From Alphaproteobacteria bacterium (GTDB lineage Bacteria; Pseudomonadota; Alphaproteobacteria; UBA11073): a stretch of 64,000 nucleotides of DNA. Location of the stretch: assembly GCA_013289145.1 (NCBI GenBank), contig JABDAM010000001.1, positions 4,466 through 68,465 of the forward strand. Reading direction: 5' to 3'. This document shows positions 33,470 to 43,338 of the stretch, in pieces. The stretch's first letter is position 1. Every line of letters begins with the position of its first letter. Under the pieces are notes generated by a model. That model made no database searches. It had not been told where the DNA came from and saw only the letters and a list, made by a program, of their open reading frames with translations. Position numbers and translations under genes: made by a program.

Positions 33470-35296
33470 TTAGAGTTCCAAACGGCGACCAGGCTCACAA
33501 CGGCGAAGGAATTTTTGTTCGGGTGTGAGGTATTTGCGGTGATGGAAGTCGCCTCCGCCGGAGTCGCCGCCGCTGGAGTCGAAGCCTCCGCCACCGCCAC
33601 CGTTATCATTGCTACCGCCGCCATCGTTATCATTGCCGCCGCCGCTCCAGGTGCTATTGTTGTCATTGTTGTTGTCATTGTTGTTATTGTCATTGTCATT
33701 GTCATTGTTGCTGCGGCTCCAGTCATTACCACCGCCGTTGCCAGAAGACCAGTTATTGCCTCCGCCAGTAGGCGAGATGTCCATGTCTGAAACAGATGGG
33801 ATTTCAAAACTAAATGCGTTGCCGCCGCCGGTATTGCCCGTATCGCCAAAGCCGTTTTCACCCATCGCAAAACCAGCGTTAGATGCTTCCAAACCACTCG
33901 ACAGGACTTCATCCGTCGCATCCGCATTATGAACGCCAGACATGTCGAAACCCGACATATCAACATCAGATGCAATATCCTGAATATGATCTGGGATAAC
34001 AAAGGCATCAGGCGGCAGATCCGCTGCATCCATTTGTGCCTGTTGAACATTCAGCATCGATGCATAATACAATGCATCGTTATTTTGCTGCGCCAAATTC
34101 TGCCACATGCGGGAGTTCAACTTATCCTTGAAACTGTCATCCACAACAACGACCGTATAATCAGGCTGATAGGTGGAAACAGAAGTACGGAAACTGCCCG
34201 AGCGAATAGTCGATTGGCGCGCTGCCACTGTCTGGCACGCTACACGTTGTTCAATTACATCCAAATCCAAATTAGGAATTTGACGCGACCCGTGCCCATT
34301 GCGGATTTCTGTATTGAAGCTAGGAAGCGGCTTTTCAAGCTCTTGAATGTTCCCGTCAATGCCATCGATCTGCGCTTGCAGCGCCTTATCTGATTTTTGC
34401 AATCCTTCGACCTGGATCACGGCCAGGGCGATCGGGCCGGCAGCTTCAAGACCAAACACTTCGACCAAGGCATCCACAAATTCAGGGTTTTTAAGAGCGA
34501 CATCTACCACCGTAGCGGCAATCGTTTCCTGCATTTCTTCCGTGGTTGTAAGCTTCTCGTCCAATTTTTTCATCCGCTTTTGCAGATCGTTCATTGTCTG
34601 AATGGTGTGGGTGAAAGATTGGATTTGTTCCTGTTGTTCCTGATAATCTTTGCGGCATTCTTCTGCCTTTGCTTCAAGCGTGGTTTTTACTTCAAGATCT
34701 GTATAGAAATCGCCATGCACGGGTTCATAGTTTGCCACAACCTTAACCGCATCATGGAAATCATCCTGAAAGAAAAATGCCTTAAAGTTGTCCCAGCGAC
34801 TGAGTTTGGCATTATAATAACTACCAAAATTGCTTCCATCGATCTTTTTGTAATGGGTTTCATTATAACGCTTAATACCGGCAAGCGCATTATCGATTTC
34901 CAGGATGCCCTTTTGGTCAGACTGAAACATCTCATTGATTTCAATCTTTTTTTTCTCTGCCGCTTCCTTGGAAGCGATCTCCGTAGCCGGCGAATGCCAT
35001 TGTTCTTTTAATGGTTTAATGCTCTCTTCAACAGTGGCGTTTTGCTGATGAAAACCAGCCAATATTCTGTCAAAACTACGGCCCGCATTCGAGCGGATGG
35101 ATGCATCATCGAATTTAGCAATCGCTTCAGGGGAAAGATCCGAAAGAAGCTCAATAGCTTTTTGAGCCATTCTGTCTTTCGTGGTTTCAATCTCTGTTTG
35201 GGTAGCATCGGATTCCGCGACCAATCCGTTCCGGACATTTTTTAGATCTTTAGTTAATTCTTTAAATTTAGCGCTTGCTTGGTTGATAGTTGACAT
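33470..35296 (-). CDS. Coiled-coil protein (608 aa) with a C-terminal Gly/Asn/Asp-rich low-complexity tail. Candidate effector.
   Basis: N-terminal about 450 aa are rich in heptad-like K/E/L/Q segments. The tail is GGGN..NDNDNDNNNNDNNNDNN..GGGGGG. Confidence 0.6.
   Translation of the reverse strand: MSTINQASAKFKELTKDLKNVRNGLVAESDATQTEIETTKDRMAQKAIELLSDLSPEAIAKFDDASIRSNAGRSFDRILAGFHQQNATVEESIKPLKEQWHSPATEIASKEAAEKKKIEINEMFQSDQKGILEIDNALAGIKRYNETHYKKIDGSNFGSYYNAKLSRWDNFKAFFFQDDFHDAVKVVANYEPVHGDFYTDLEVKTTLEAKAEECRKDYQEQQEQIQSFTHTIQTMNDLQKRMKKLDEKLTTTEEMQETIAATVVDVALKNPEFVDALVEVFGLEAAGPIALAVIQVEGLQKSDKALQAQIDGIDGNIQELEKPLPSFNTEIRNGHGSRQIPNLDLDVIEQRVACQTVAARQSTIRSGSFRTSVSTYQPDYTVVVVDDSFKDKLNSRMWQNLAQQNNDALYYASMLNVQQAQMDAADLPPDAFVIPDHIQDIASDVDMSGFDMSGVHNADATDEVLSSGLEASNAGFAMGENGFGDTGNTGGGNAFSFEIPSVSDMDISPTGGGNNWSSGNGGGNDWSRSNNDNDNDNNNNDNNNDNNSTWSGGGNDNDGGGSNDNGGGGGGFDSSGGDSGGGDFHHRKYLTPEQKFLRRCEPGRRLEL
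33656..33712. repeat. Hexanucleotide (ATTGTC/ATTGTT)n microsatellite encoding (Asn-Asp)n, plus adjacent GGC/GCC repeats (33540..33650)
   Basis: attgttgtcattgttgttgtcattgttgttattgtcattgtcattgtcattgtt is seen directly. Also a 16-nt direct repeat gccgccgctggagtcg x2. Confidence 0.8.
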
Positions 35297-35452
35297 TGCT
35301 TTTCTCCTCGATGGTTAAATTATTAGTGTCTGGATAGCCAATTTTTCCACGAAAAGTCAAGAAATTTTTACTTGCATGGGCTGTCGACCACTACCCCGGC
35401 CTCAAAAAGATCTACCATTCCGCAGTGAAACTTGTTAAACACCTGTTTGGAT

Positions 35453-35538
35453 GCGGCTGTGGCGGAATGGTAGACGCGCAACGTTGAGGTCGTTGTGGGG
35501 GCAACCCCGTGGAAGTTCAAATCTTCTCAGCCGCACCA
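35453..35538 (+). tRNA. tRNA-Leu (anticodon GAG), class II with a long variable arm, CCA encoded
   Basis: GCGGCTG acceptor, GCGGAATGGTAGACGC D-arm, anticodon loop ttGAGgt, extra arm, TTCAAAT T-loop. Confidence 0.9.
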
Positions 35539-35757
35539 CGCTTCGTGAGCGCAGCGAACGGGGCGTGTCCGGCGTAGCTCCAAAGGAGCGAAGACGGACT
35601 TTCGCCGGGCGCTCACTACGCCTGGCGCAGCCATCAATTTCGCACCTGCACAACAAAGCCGCAAAAACGGCGCATAAATCCGCAATCACGGGTTGTCGCC
35701 GTGCCGCGCATAACTTATGTTTCCCGCAGAAATCAACGAATCTGAACGGCCGGAACC

Positions 35758-38079
35758 ATGGATCAGCAGCTACGCGACAACGCTCTTTACTATCACCGCT
35801 TTCCCAAGCCCGGCAAACTGGAAATCACGCCGACCAAGGCGATGACGAACCAGCGCGATTTGTCCCTCGCCTATTCCCCCGGCGTGGCGGCGGCGTGTGA
35901 CGCGATTGTCGCGGACCCGAATGAGGCCGCCCGCCTGACCGCGCGCGGAAACCTGGTTGCGGTGATTACGAACGGTACGGCCGTTTTGGGCCTGGGCAAC
36001 ATCGGCCCCCTCGCCGCAAAGCCGGTAATGGAAGGCAAGGCGGTTTTATTCAAAAAATTCTCCGGCATCGATTCTATCGATATCGAAATCGACGAATTAA
36101 ACGTCGATAAACTGGTCGATATTATTGCGTCCCTGGAACCGTCGTTCGGCGGCATTAATCTGGAAGATATCAAGGCTCCTGAATGCTTTGAAGTTGAGCG
36201 TAAATTAAAAGAACGCTGCAATATTCCGGTCTTCCATGACGACCAGCACGGCACGGCGATCATCGCGGGCGCAGCGATTTATAACTGGTTGCGCCTGGCG
36301 AAACGCAAGATCGAAGATATCAAGCTCGTGACATCCGGCGCGGGCGCGGCGGCGATTGCCTGCCTGGACGTTTTGGTCGGCATGGGTATGAAGCGCGAGA
36401 ATATCCTCGTCACTGACCGCACCGGCGTGATTTATAAAGGCCGCAATGAATTTATGGACCCCTACAAGGAAAAATACGCCAACGATACCAAGGCGCGCAC
36501 CCTGCTGGATGCGTTAAAAGGCGCCGATATTTTCCTAGGCCTGTCCGGCCCGAATGTGATGGGCGAAGAGCATTTGAAGGCAATGGGCAAGGAACCGTTA
36601 ATCCTGGCCATGGCGAACCCGACGCCCGAAGTTGACCCTGCATTGGTTGCCAAAATTCGCCCAGATGCCGTTCTGGGCACGGGCCGCAGTGATTATCCGA
36701 ACCAGGTTAATAACGTTTTATGCTTTCCGTTTATTTTCCGCGGCGCGCTGGATGTCGGCGCGACGACGATCAATGAAGAAATGAAAATCGCCTGCGTGAA
36801 GGCGATCGCGGACCTGGCGACCGAAGACGTTTCAGAAACCGTTGCCTCCGCCTATGCAGGCCAGGAGCTGACGTTTGGGCCTCAGTATATTATTCCAAAA
36901 CCATTCGATCCGCGACTGATCATCCGCATCGCGCCCGCCGTGGCCGAAGCCGCGATGAAATCCGGCATCGCCACGCGCCCGATTAAAGACATCGAAGCTT
37001 ACCGCGAAATGCTGTCGCAATTCGTTTACCGCAGCGGCTTTGTCATGCGGAATATTTTCATCCGCGCGAAAGAACAGCAAAAACGCATCGTTCTGGCCGA
37101 CGGTGAAGACGAACGCGTGCTGCGCGCCGCGCAGGCGATGGTGGATGACGGTCTGGGCCGCCCCATTATTATCGGCCGTCCCGAAGTGGTGGAACGCCGG
37201 TTGAAACACGCCTTGCTACGCATTGAAGAAGGCAAGGATTTCGATCTGGTCAATCCAAATTCCGACGATCGTTACAGCGATTATTGGCATCATTATCACG
37301 GCATCATGGAGCGCCGCGGCGTTTCTCCGGACGATGCGAAGCTGGCAATGCGCACGAATACAACGGTGATCGCTTCGACCATGGTCGCGCGCGGGGACGC
37401 CGATGGCATGCTGTGCGGTATGCAAGGCAGCTATCATTCGCACTTCCAAATCGTGCATGATGTCTTTGGCCTGCGCCCCGGAACTGAATCCGCCGCTGCC
37501 TATAACCTATTGGTTTTGTCGAACGGAAACTTTTTAATTGGCGATACGCAGATTCAGGCGGAGCCGACCTGTCACCAGATCGTCGATACGACGTTAATGG
37601 CGACGGAGCTGGCGGAACAATTCGGCATGGAGCCGAAAGTTGCGCTGTGTTCGCATTCCAACTTCGGCTCGCACCACGATTTCATCGCCTGCAAAATGCG
37701 TGACGCCCTGGCGGAAATCCGCCGCCGACAGCCGGAACTGGAAATCGAAGGTGAAATGCATGCCGATATGGCGCTGGATGAGCCCGCGCGCATAAAAGCT
37801 TTCCCGAATTCGCGCCTGAAGGGCCAGGCTAACGTGCTGATTATGCCCGGCCTGTCGTCCGCCAATATCTCGCTCAACATGCTGCGCTTACTCGGCGAAG
37901 GCGTGGTGATCGGCCCGATTTTGATGGGCGTAAACGCGCCCGCGCACATCCTGACGCCTTCCACAACCGTACGCGGCATTATTAACATGGCGGCCCTGAC
38001 GGCATTACAAGCGCAAGTGCGCGTGGATGGTTTGGCTGGTGCAAGTTTGCGTGGGATTAGTAGCGCACAGGCAGCTTAA
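35758..38079 (+). CDS. maeB: NADP-dependent malic enzyme (malic enzyme plus PTA-like C-terminal domain)
   Basis: 773 aa. N-terminus [13 protein letters not shown]...[10 protein letters not shown] matches MaeB. Confidence 0.9.
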   Translation: MDQQLRDNALYYHRFPKPGKLEITPTKAMTNQRDLSLAYSPGVAAACDAIVADPNEAARLTARGNLVAVITNGTAVLGLGNIGPLAAKPVMEGKAVLFKKFSGIDSIDIEIDELNVDKLVDIIASLEPSFGGINLEDIKAPECFEVERKLKERCNIPVFHDDQHGTAIIAGAAIYNWLRLAKRKIEDIKLVTSGAGAAAIACLDVLVGMGMKRENILVTDRTGVIYKGRNEFMDPYKEKYANDTKARTLLDALKGADIFLGLSGPNVMGEEHLKAMGKEPLILAMANPTPEVDPALVAKIRPDAVLGTGRSDYPNQVNNVLCFPFIFRGALDVGATTINEEMKIACVKAIADLATEDVSETVASAYAGQELTFGPQYIIPKPFDPRLIIRIAPAVAEAAMKSGIATRPIKDIEAYREMLSQFVYRSGFVMRNIFIRAKEQQKRIVLADGEDERVLRAAQAMVDDGLGRPIIIGRPEVVERRLKHALLRIEEGKDFDLVNPNSDDRYSDYWHHYHGIMERRGVSPDDAKLAMRTNTTVIASTMVARGDADGMLCGMQGSYHSHFQIVHDVFGLRPGTESAAAYNLLVLSNGNFLIGDTQIQAEPTCHQIVDTTLMATELAEQFGMEPKVALCSHSNFGSHHDFIACKMRDALAEIRRRQPELEIEGEMHADMALDEPARIKAFPNSRLKGQANVLIMPGLSSANISLNMLRLLGEGVVIGPILMGVNAPAHILTPSTTVRGIINMAALTALQAQVRVDGLAGASLRGISSAQAA

Positions 38080-38082
38080 TTT

Positions 38083-38682
38083 TTAAAGCTTATTCCCGTT
38101 CAACGAGGCTAAAAACCGCAGCAGGATAGCCGCGCTCCGCGTTTCCTGCATTTGACCGCCCAGGGCGATTTGGGACGCTTCATCCAAAGACGCCCACTTT
38201 AATTCGATGTTTTCGCCTAATTCCAGGGTTTGGCCTTTGGCGTGCGGTGTGAATTTTTTAACGACGAAGTAAAACAAATCCCAAATCACCGTCGCGCCAC
38301 AGGCATCGGTGTGAAAGTGTTCGATGTCCAGAACTTCAAGCCCCGTTTCTTCCAGCGCTTCTTTTTTCGCCGCTGCCGTAGCTTGAAGCAATATATCGTC
38401 TTTGTTTTCTAAACTGGTCGCGTATTCGCCTAAAGAATCAAAAACCTTCCCGCCCGGCAGGCGGAAATCCCAGTTACGGTGCTCGCTGCGGTATTCTTTG
38501 GTTAACAAAATTTTCCGGTCTGGGGATATGATGATCAAGCGCACGCCCGGCGATCTGCGGGCGAATTCAAACACGCGTTCCTTATCGCCGATCTGCATGG
38601 TCTGCTCGACGATTTCGAAAATCTTGCCTTGATATGGGATGCGTTCTTTCCCAACCGGCCGCGCGATGGTTTCAGCGGTCAT
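38083..38682 (-). CDS. NUDIX hydrolase
   Basis: Nudix box GGKV...E...AAKKEALEETG. Confidence 0.8.
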   Translation of the reverse strand: MTAETIARPVGKERIPYQGKIFEIVEQTMQIGDKERVFEFARRSPGVRLIIISPDRKILLTKEYRSEHRNWDFRLPGGKVFDSLGEYATSLENKDDILLQATAAAKKEALEETGLEVLDIEHFHTDACGATVIWDLFYFVVKKFTPHAKGQTLELGENIELKWASLDEASQIALGGQMQETRSAAILLRFLASLNGNKL

Positions 38683-38746
38683 TCAATCCCCCATAAAAAA
38701 AGCCACCCATTGCGTAACAATGGATGGCTTTTTGGTATTATTTTTA

Positions 38747-40855
38747 TTACCCGCCCACGCCCATCTTCGCGAGGATCGCGAGGAGCAGGATCGCGACGAT
38801 GTTCGCGATTTTAATCATCGGGTTGATGGCAGGGCCCGCTGTATCCTTGTAAGGATCGCCGACGGTGTCACCCGTCACGGCTGCTTTGTGGGCTTCAGAG
38901 CCCTTGCCGCCGTAGTTGCCTTCTTCAATGAATTTCTTCGCATTGTCCCATGCGCCGCCGCCCGATGTCATCGACACCGCAACGAATACGCCTGTCACAA
39001 TTACGCCCACCAGCATCGCGCCCAGGGCTTCAAACCCGTTCGCCAAACCGCCGAGCCACCAAATCAGGCAGAACAGCGCAATCGGCGCCAGCACGGGGAG
39101 CAAGGATGGGATCACCATTTCCTTAATCGCCGCCTTGGTCAGCATGTCAACGGCTGTGCCGTAGTCGGGTTTCGCCGTGCCTTCCATAATGCCCGGGATT
39201 TCCTTGAACTGGCGGCGAACCTCAACCACCACGGCACCTGCCGCGCGGCCGACCGCCGTCATGCCCATCGCGCCGAACAAGTACGGCAGCAAACCGCCGA
39301 TGAACAAGCCGATCACAACAAATGGGTTTTGCAAATCAAAGCTGAGGTGATCCGCAATGTGAGGGAAGTAATGTTTCAAATCTTCCGTATAAGTCGCGAA
39401 CAGCACCAGCGCAGCCAGACCGGCAGAACCGATGGCGTAACCCTTGGTCACAGCCTTGGTCGTGTTACCGACAGCGTCCAGCGCATCGGTCGTCACGCGG
39501 ATTTCCTTGGGCAAGCCCGCCATTTCCGCGATCCCGCCCGCGTTATCCGTCACCGGACCGTAGGCATCCAGCGCGACAATCATACCCGCCATTGCCAGCA
39601 TCGTCGTTGCCGAAATCGCCAGACCGAACAGTCCCGCGAAATGGTAAGCGCCGAAAATACCCGCGCAGATAATAATCGCCGGCAGCGCCGTTGATTGCAT
39701 CGAAATCGCCAGGCCTTGAATGATATTCGTGCCGTGGCCGGTTTGCGATGCAAAGGCGATGCTTTTCACCGGTTCATATTTGCTCTCGGTATAATAAGCC
39801 GTCACCACAACCATCAGCGCCGTCACCGCGATACCGATCAGCGAGCAATAGAACAGGCTATCCGTTGTCACCGTGATATCGCCCATGTGGAGTTTGATAT
39901 GGCCCAGGAAGTTATAAAGCACCCAGTAAATCAAAGCGCCGGAAACAACACAGGTTGCAGCCAGGCCTTTGTACAGCGCGCCCATGATATCGTTGTTTTT
40001 GCCCAGACGGACAAAGAACGTACCGATGATCGAGCCGATAATGCTCACCGCGCCGATTAACAACGGCAAGAGCATCATTTTGCTTTGCAACACACCGGAA
40101 CCGAACGAAATCGCGGAAAGCAAAATCGTCGCAACCGTCGTCACCGCATAGGTTTCAAAAAGGTCCGCCGCCATACCCGCGCAGTCGCCCACGTTGTCGC
40201 CAACGTTGTCCGCGATCACGGCTGGGTTGCGGGGATCATCCTCTGGAATTCCTGCTTCAACTTTACCCACCAAATCCGCGCCGACGTCGGCACCCTTGGT
40301 GAAAATACCGCCGCCCAGACGTGCGAAAATCGAAATCAAAGACGCACCAAAGGACAAAGCCACAAGGCCTTCCAAAATCGCGCGCTGTTCCAAATTCATT
40401 TGCAGCAGGGTGAAATAGTATCCAGATACGCCCAGCAAACCGAGGCCCACCACCAGCATCCCGGTGATCGCACCGGATTTAAAGGACAGCGCCAGCGCGG
40501 GCGCCAGGCCGTGTTTCGCGCATTCCGCCGTACGCACGTTGGCGCGAACCGACACGTTCATGCCGATATAGCCCGCCGCGCCCGACAAAATCGCGCCGAT
40601 GGCAAAGCCCACGCCCACATGCACGCCCAGGACATACCCGAGCAGCAAACAGATCACCACGCCCACCATGGCAACCGTGGTATATTGGCGGTTCAGATAG
40701 GCAGATGCGCCTTCCTGGATCGCCTTGGCGATGGCCTGCATTTTGTCGTTGCCCGCAGGCGCGCTCAGCACGCCCATGGCGGCCCACAGGCCGTACAGCA
40801 GCGCCAGCGCGCCACAAATGATAATTAAGGTCTCATAAGAGAAAGGTAAGGTCAT
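38747..40855 (-). CDS. hppA: Membrane-bound proton-translocating pyrophosphatase (V-type H+-PPase)
   Basis: 702 aa polytopic. Conserved GGG(I/A)[16 protein letters not shown] and [12 protein letters not shown] motifs. Confidence 0.95.
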   Translation of the reverse strand: MTLPFSYETLIIICGALALLYGLWAAMGVLSAPAGNDKMQAIAKAIQEGASAYLNRQYTTVAMVGVVICLLLGYVLGVHVGVGFAIGAILSGAAGYIGMNVSVRANVRTAECAKHGLAPALALSFKSGAITGMLVVGLGLLGVSGYYFTLLQMNLEQRAILEGLVALSFGASLISIFARLGGGIFTKGADVGADLVGKVEAGIPEDDPRNPAVIADNVGDNVGDCAGMAADLFETYAVTTVATILLSAISFGSGVLQSKMMLLPLLIGAVSIIGSIIGTFFVRLGKNNDIMGALYKGLAATCVVSGALIYWVLYNFLGHIKLHMGDITVTTDSLFYCSLIGIAVTALMVVVTAYYTESKYEPVKSIAFASQTGHGTNIIQGLAISMQSTALPAIIICAGIFGAYHFAGLFGLAISATTMLAMAGMIVALDAYGPVTDNAGGIAEMAGLPKEIRVTTDALDAVGNTTKAVTKGYAIGSAGLAALVLFATYTEDLKHYFPHIADHLSFDLQNPFVVIGLFIGGLLPYLFGAMGMTAVGRAAGAVVVEVRRQFKEIPGIMEGTAKPDYGTAVDMLTKAAIKEMVIPSLLPVLAPIALFCLIWWLGGLANGFEALGAMLVGVIVTGVFVAVSMTSGGGAWDNAKKFIEEGNYGGKGSEAHKAAVTGDTVGDPYKDTAGPAINPMIKIANIVAILLLAILAKMGVGG

Positions 40856-40964
40856 TGGAAAAACTGCCCTTTTTGTTGTTGGTTATTAGTCCAGCCGCGG
40901 AAAATGCCGAAATTTACATGCAATGGCAAGGGGGGGCGATGCGATGTTTTAGAAAATTATAAAA

Positions 40965-41447
40965 CTAAACCGTAGGTATCGCCGCCAATAATTTTTGGTG
41001 CACGATATTGTTGCTAAGAACTAGGCCGCCTTGGCAGATTCTGAGGATCGCCGAATTTTGAGGAACATAGGATTCCAAAGGCCCGACTGCACCGATTTTT
41101 CTGCACAGCCATTGAAACGTTTCAGGATGATCGGTTTGGGTCAATTCCGGATCTATTTTACGAATCATATCCATAAATATACGTTCGCAATTTGCCAGCA
41201 GATCGCCACGCTCGCGTCCGATATAATTGAAATATCCCTTATAGCGGCTCTCATCACCGTATTGATGTTCTTCTGAGAAAGCGATGTGATGTGCACACCG
41301 TTCCCTGCAAAACATCTCGCTTGCTTCTATGAATTCTTTGAATTCCGCATCGCTGAAGGCAAACGAGCCGCGCCCGTCCCATTTCTTGCCGAATTCGCCA
41401 AAACGGGCTGAAATATCGTTAGCAGCAGTTATATGTTGATGTAACAT
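40965..41447 (-). CDS. Hypothetical protein (160 aa), lower G+C
   Basis: ORF only. Confidence 0.4.
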   Translation of the reverse strand: MLHQHITAANDISARFGEFGKKWDGRGSFAFSDAEFKEFIEASEMFCRERCAHHIAFSEEHQYGDESRYKGYFNYIGRERGDLLANCERIFMDMIRKIDPELTQTDHPETFQWLCRKIGAVGPLESYVPQNSAILRICQGGLVLSNNIVHQKLLAAIPTV

Positions 41448-41509
41448 GCTCCGAATATCGCATAAAAGCGGCGTGAAAGCAAATAATTCGTATGATTTAA
41501 ATCATAGAA

Positions 41510-41995
41510 TTACGCCTTCAATGCGGCCACGACATTATCGCTAACGAATTGCGACACATCCCCGCCCAGCGCGGCGATTTCCTTGACAAACCGTGAGGAA
41601 ATGAATTGCAGTTTATCCGACGCCATCAGGAAAACGGTTTGTACGGCAGAGTTCAGGCGGTTATTCATCGCCGCCATTTGGAATTCATATTCAAAATCCG
41701 ACACGGCGCGCAAGCCGCGGATGATCATCTGGGCGTTTTTTTGCAGGACGTAATGCATCAGCAAAATATTAAAATGCTCCACGCGGATTTTTTTCTGTAA
41801 TTCGGGCGGCAGCAGTTTGATATCCGCCTCCACCAGCGCGACGCGCTGCGCCGTGGTGAATTTAGGATTCTTGCCCGCGTTTTCAGCCACGGCGACAATG
41901 AGTTCGTCCACGATACTGGCGGCGCGGTGTATGATATCCAAATGCCCCTTGGTAATCGGGTCGAAAGTACCGGGATAGACAGCGCGGGAGGTCAT
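41510..41995 (-). CDS. coaD: Phosphopantetheine adenylyltransferase
   Basis: AVYPGTFDPITKGHLDII motif. 161 aa. Confidence 0.9.
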   Translation of the reverse strand: MTSRAVYPGTFDPITKGHLDIIHRAASIVDELIVAVAENAGKNPKFTTAQRVALVEADIKLLPPELQKKIRVEHFNILLMHYVLQKNAQMIIRGLRAVSDFEYEFQMAAMNNRLNSAVQTVFLMASDKLQFISSRFVKEIAALGGDVSQFVSDNVVAALKA

Positions 41996-42131
41996 TTGTG
42001 ATTGATACTATTATATAAATTTACAGACAATAGCAGCCCGTCAAAAACAGCCCAGAAATTTCCCCTAGCAAATAATAAAAAGGCCCCTTTTTTCTTGACA
42101 AAGAGGGATCACCTTAATCTATAGTAGCCCC

Positions 42132-43238
42132 ATGTCTCTAAAATTAACATTTGAACAAGACCGAACCACCCAGATTGAACTCATTGGCGAAGAGAAAGCC
42201 AGGGTTATCAGCGCCTATGCAGAAACAGCGGGCAGGCAGAAGCTGGCTACAGCATTATTCGCTCAGCTATCCCCCAGCCGTCTCGATTTCTTTCTCCACT
42301 TGGCAGGAGAGAGCATATTTCACGCACCTCCACGGAATGAGTACTGTTTTTTGCGAGACTTAACGGCCAGTATACCACTAGTGGATGTTAAACGCCTGGA
42401 TATGGTAATGAGTTCAATGCAATATCATAACAACATATTAACGGATTTTTCTGAAACTCTCTGTGATTTCCTGCGTCAAAATCCAAAAAAGGATCCCGAG
42501 GCGGCGGCTGGCTTTCTTGGGGCAATAGACGGTGATCACGGCCGCGAGGTATTAGGCGGAATCATTGAAGCTCTACTTGATGTGTCTGATTCAGGATATG
42601 AATTAATTCATGATCTGGCAATGAATTTGTACGCCTCGAAGGGCGCCAGATTAGATGAGTTTTTGGAATCTTCCGGCATTATATCACCTAGTGACCGGGA
42701 ATTATTCGAAGAACTTAAGCTGGTTGCCGCTAAAAAAATCTATTCTGAAATGCCTCCTGCAGATCAGAACATATTTATCTTATTAACCAAAAAAATCACC
42801 GCTGATGCAATAAGTGCGGAAGATTATAAATTGCTTGAATTTTTTGCCGGAGATGAAATAGCCGCCTTTATTCCTGAAAGTGAAAGCCTTCCCGGCAGTA
42901 TTTTAAGTCTTCTGAAATTATATTCTGCATGTGAGCGTACTGATCCGCGTGGCGGGCTTACAGGAATATCCCCTGAAAATTATCACTTATTATCCGGACA
43001 CCTTCTTAAAATGTCAGATGAAGAACGTGAAACGATGTGCCGCGTCATCACTGGGGGAAGCCCAATATCCGCCACGAACGGCAAAATGATCAAGTTTGTT
43101 AGTGCCGATCAAGATTCATGGATTTTCTATATATCTGAATTCGCGAGGTTCAGTAACGCAAAATTGGTGATAACAAATAATGGCAAGCCCCCGTTACCGC
43201 CGACCGGTGGAAACCGCCCAGAGCCACTGCAAGGCTAA
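42132..43238 (+). CDS. Hypothetical protein (368 aa), lower G+C (ORFan)
   Basis: ORF only. Preceded by a near-consensus TTGACA-N19-TATAGT element. Confidence 0.5.
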   Translation: MSLKLTFEQDRTTQIELIGEEKARVISAYAETAGRQKLATALFAQLSPSRLDFFLHLAGESIFHAPPRNEYCFLRDLTASIPLVDVKRLDMVMSSMQYHNNILTDFSETLCDFLRQNPKKDPEAAAGFLGAIDGDHGREVLGGIIEALLDVSDSGYELIHDLAMNLYASKGARLDEFLESSGIISPSDRELFEELKLVAAKKIYSEMPPADQNIFILLTKKITADAISAEDYKLLEFFAGDEIAAFIPESESLPGSILSLLKLYSACERTDPRGGLTGISPENYHLLSGHLLKMSDEERETMCRVITGGSPISATNGKMIKFVSADQDSWIFYISEFARFSNAKLVITNNGKPPLPPTGGNRPEPLQG

Positions 43239-43338
43239 CCACATTTTGTAAAAGCACTTTGTAACTACCCATCCAGGCAGTTACAATTACCTTGAGAAAT
43301 CCAATGAGGATGGAACATCCCTCTTCCACCACAAAATA

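Noticed and set aside
33540-33720. Tandem short repeats considered as a CRISPR array
   Set aside because: Units are 3-6 nt with no spacers. They sit inside a coding region and encode poly-Gly/(Asn-Asp)n.
33440-34050. ORFs 33440..33790(+), 33448..34050(-) and 33609..33932(+) overlapping the repeat tract
   Set aside because: They are low-complexity translations of the GCC/ATTGTC repeats in alternative frames. The long minus-strand coiled-coil ORF is the coherent gene.
35539-35757. Structured region between tRNA-Leu and maeB, and ORFs 35451..35900(+) / 35435..35689(-)
   Set aside because: The ORFs overlap the tRNA and have no coding features. The short inverted repeats (gtgagcgc/gcgctcac) are insufficient on their own to call an sRNA.
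38639-40828. Long plus-strand ORFs (351 aa, 247 aa) antisense to hppA
   Set aside because: Same reasoning: His/Arg/Gln-rich, inside a conserved H+-PPase gene.
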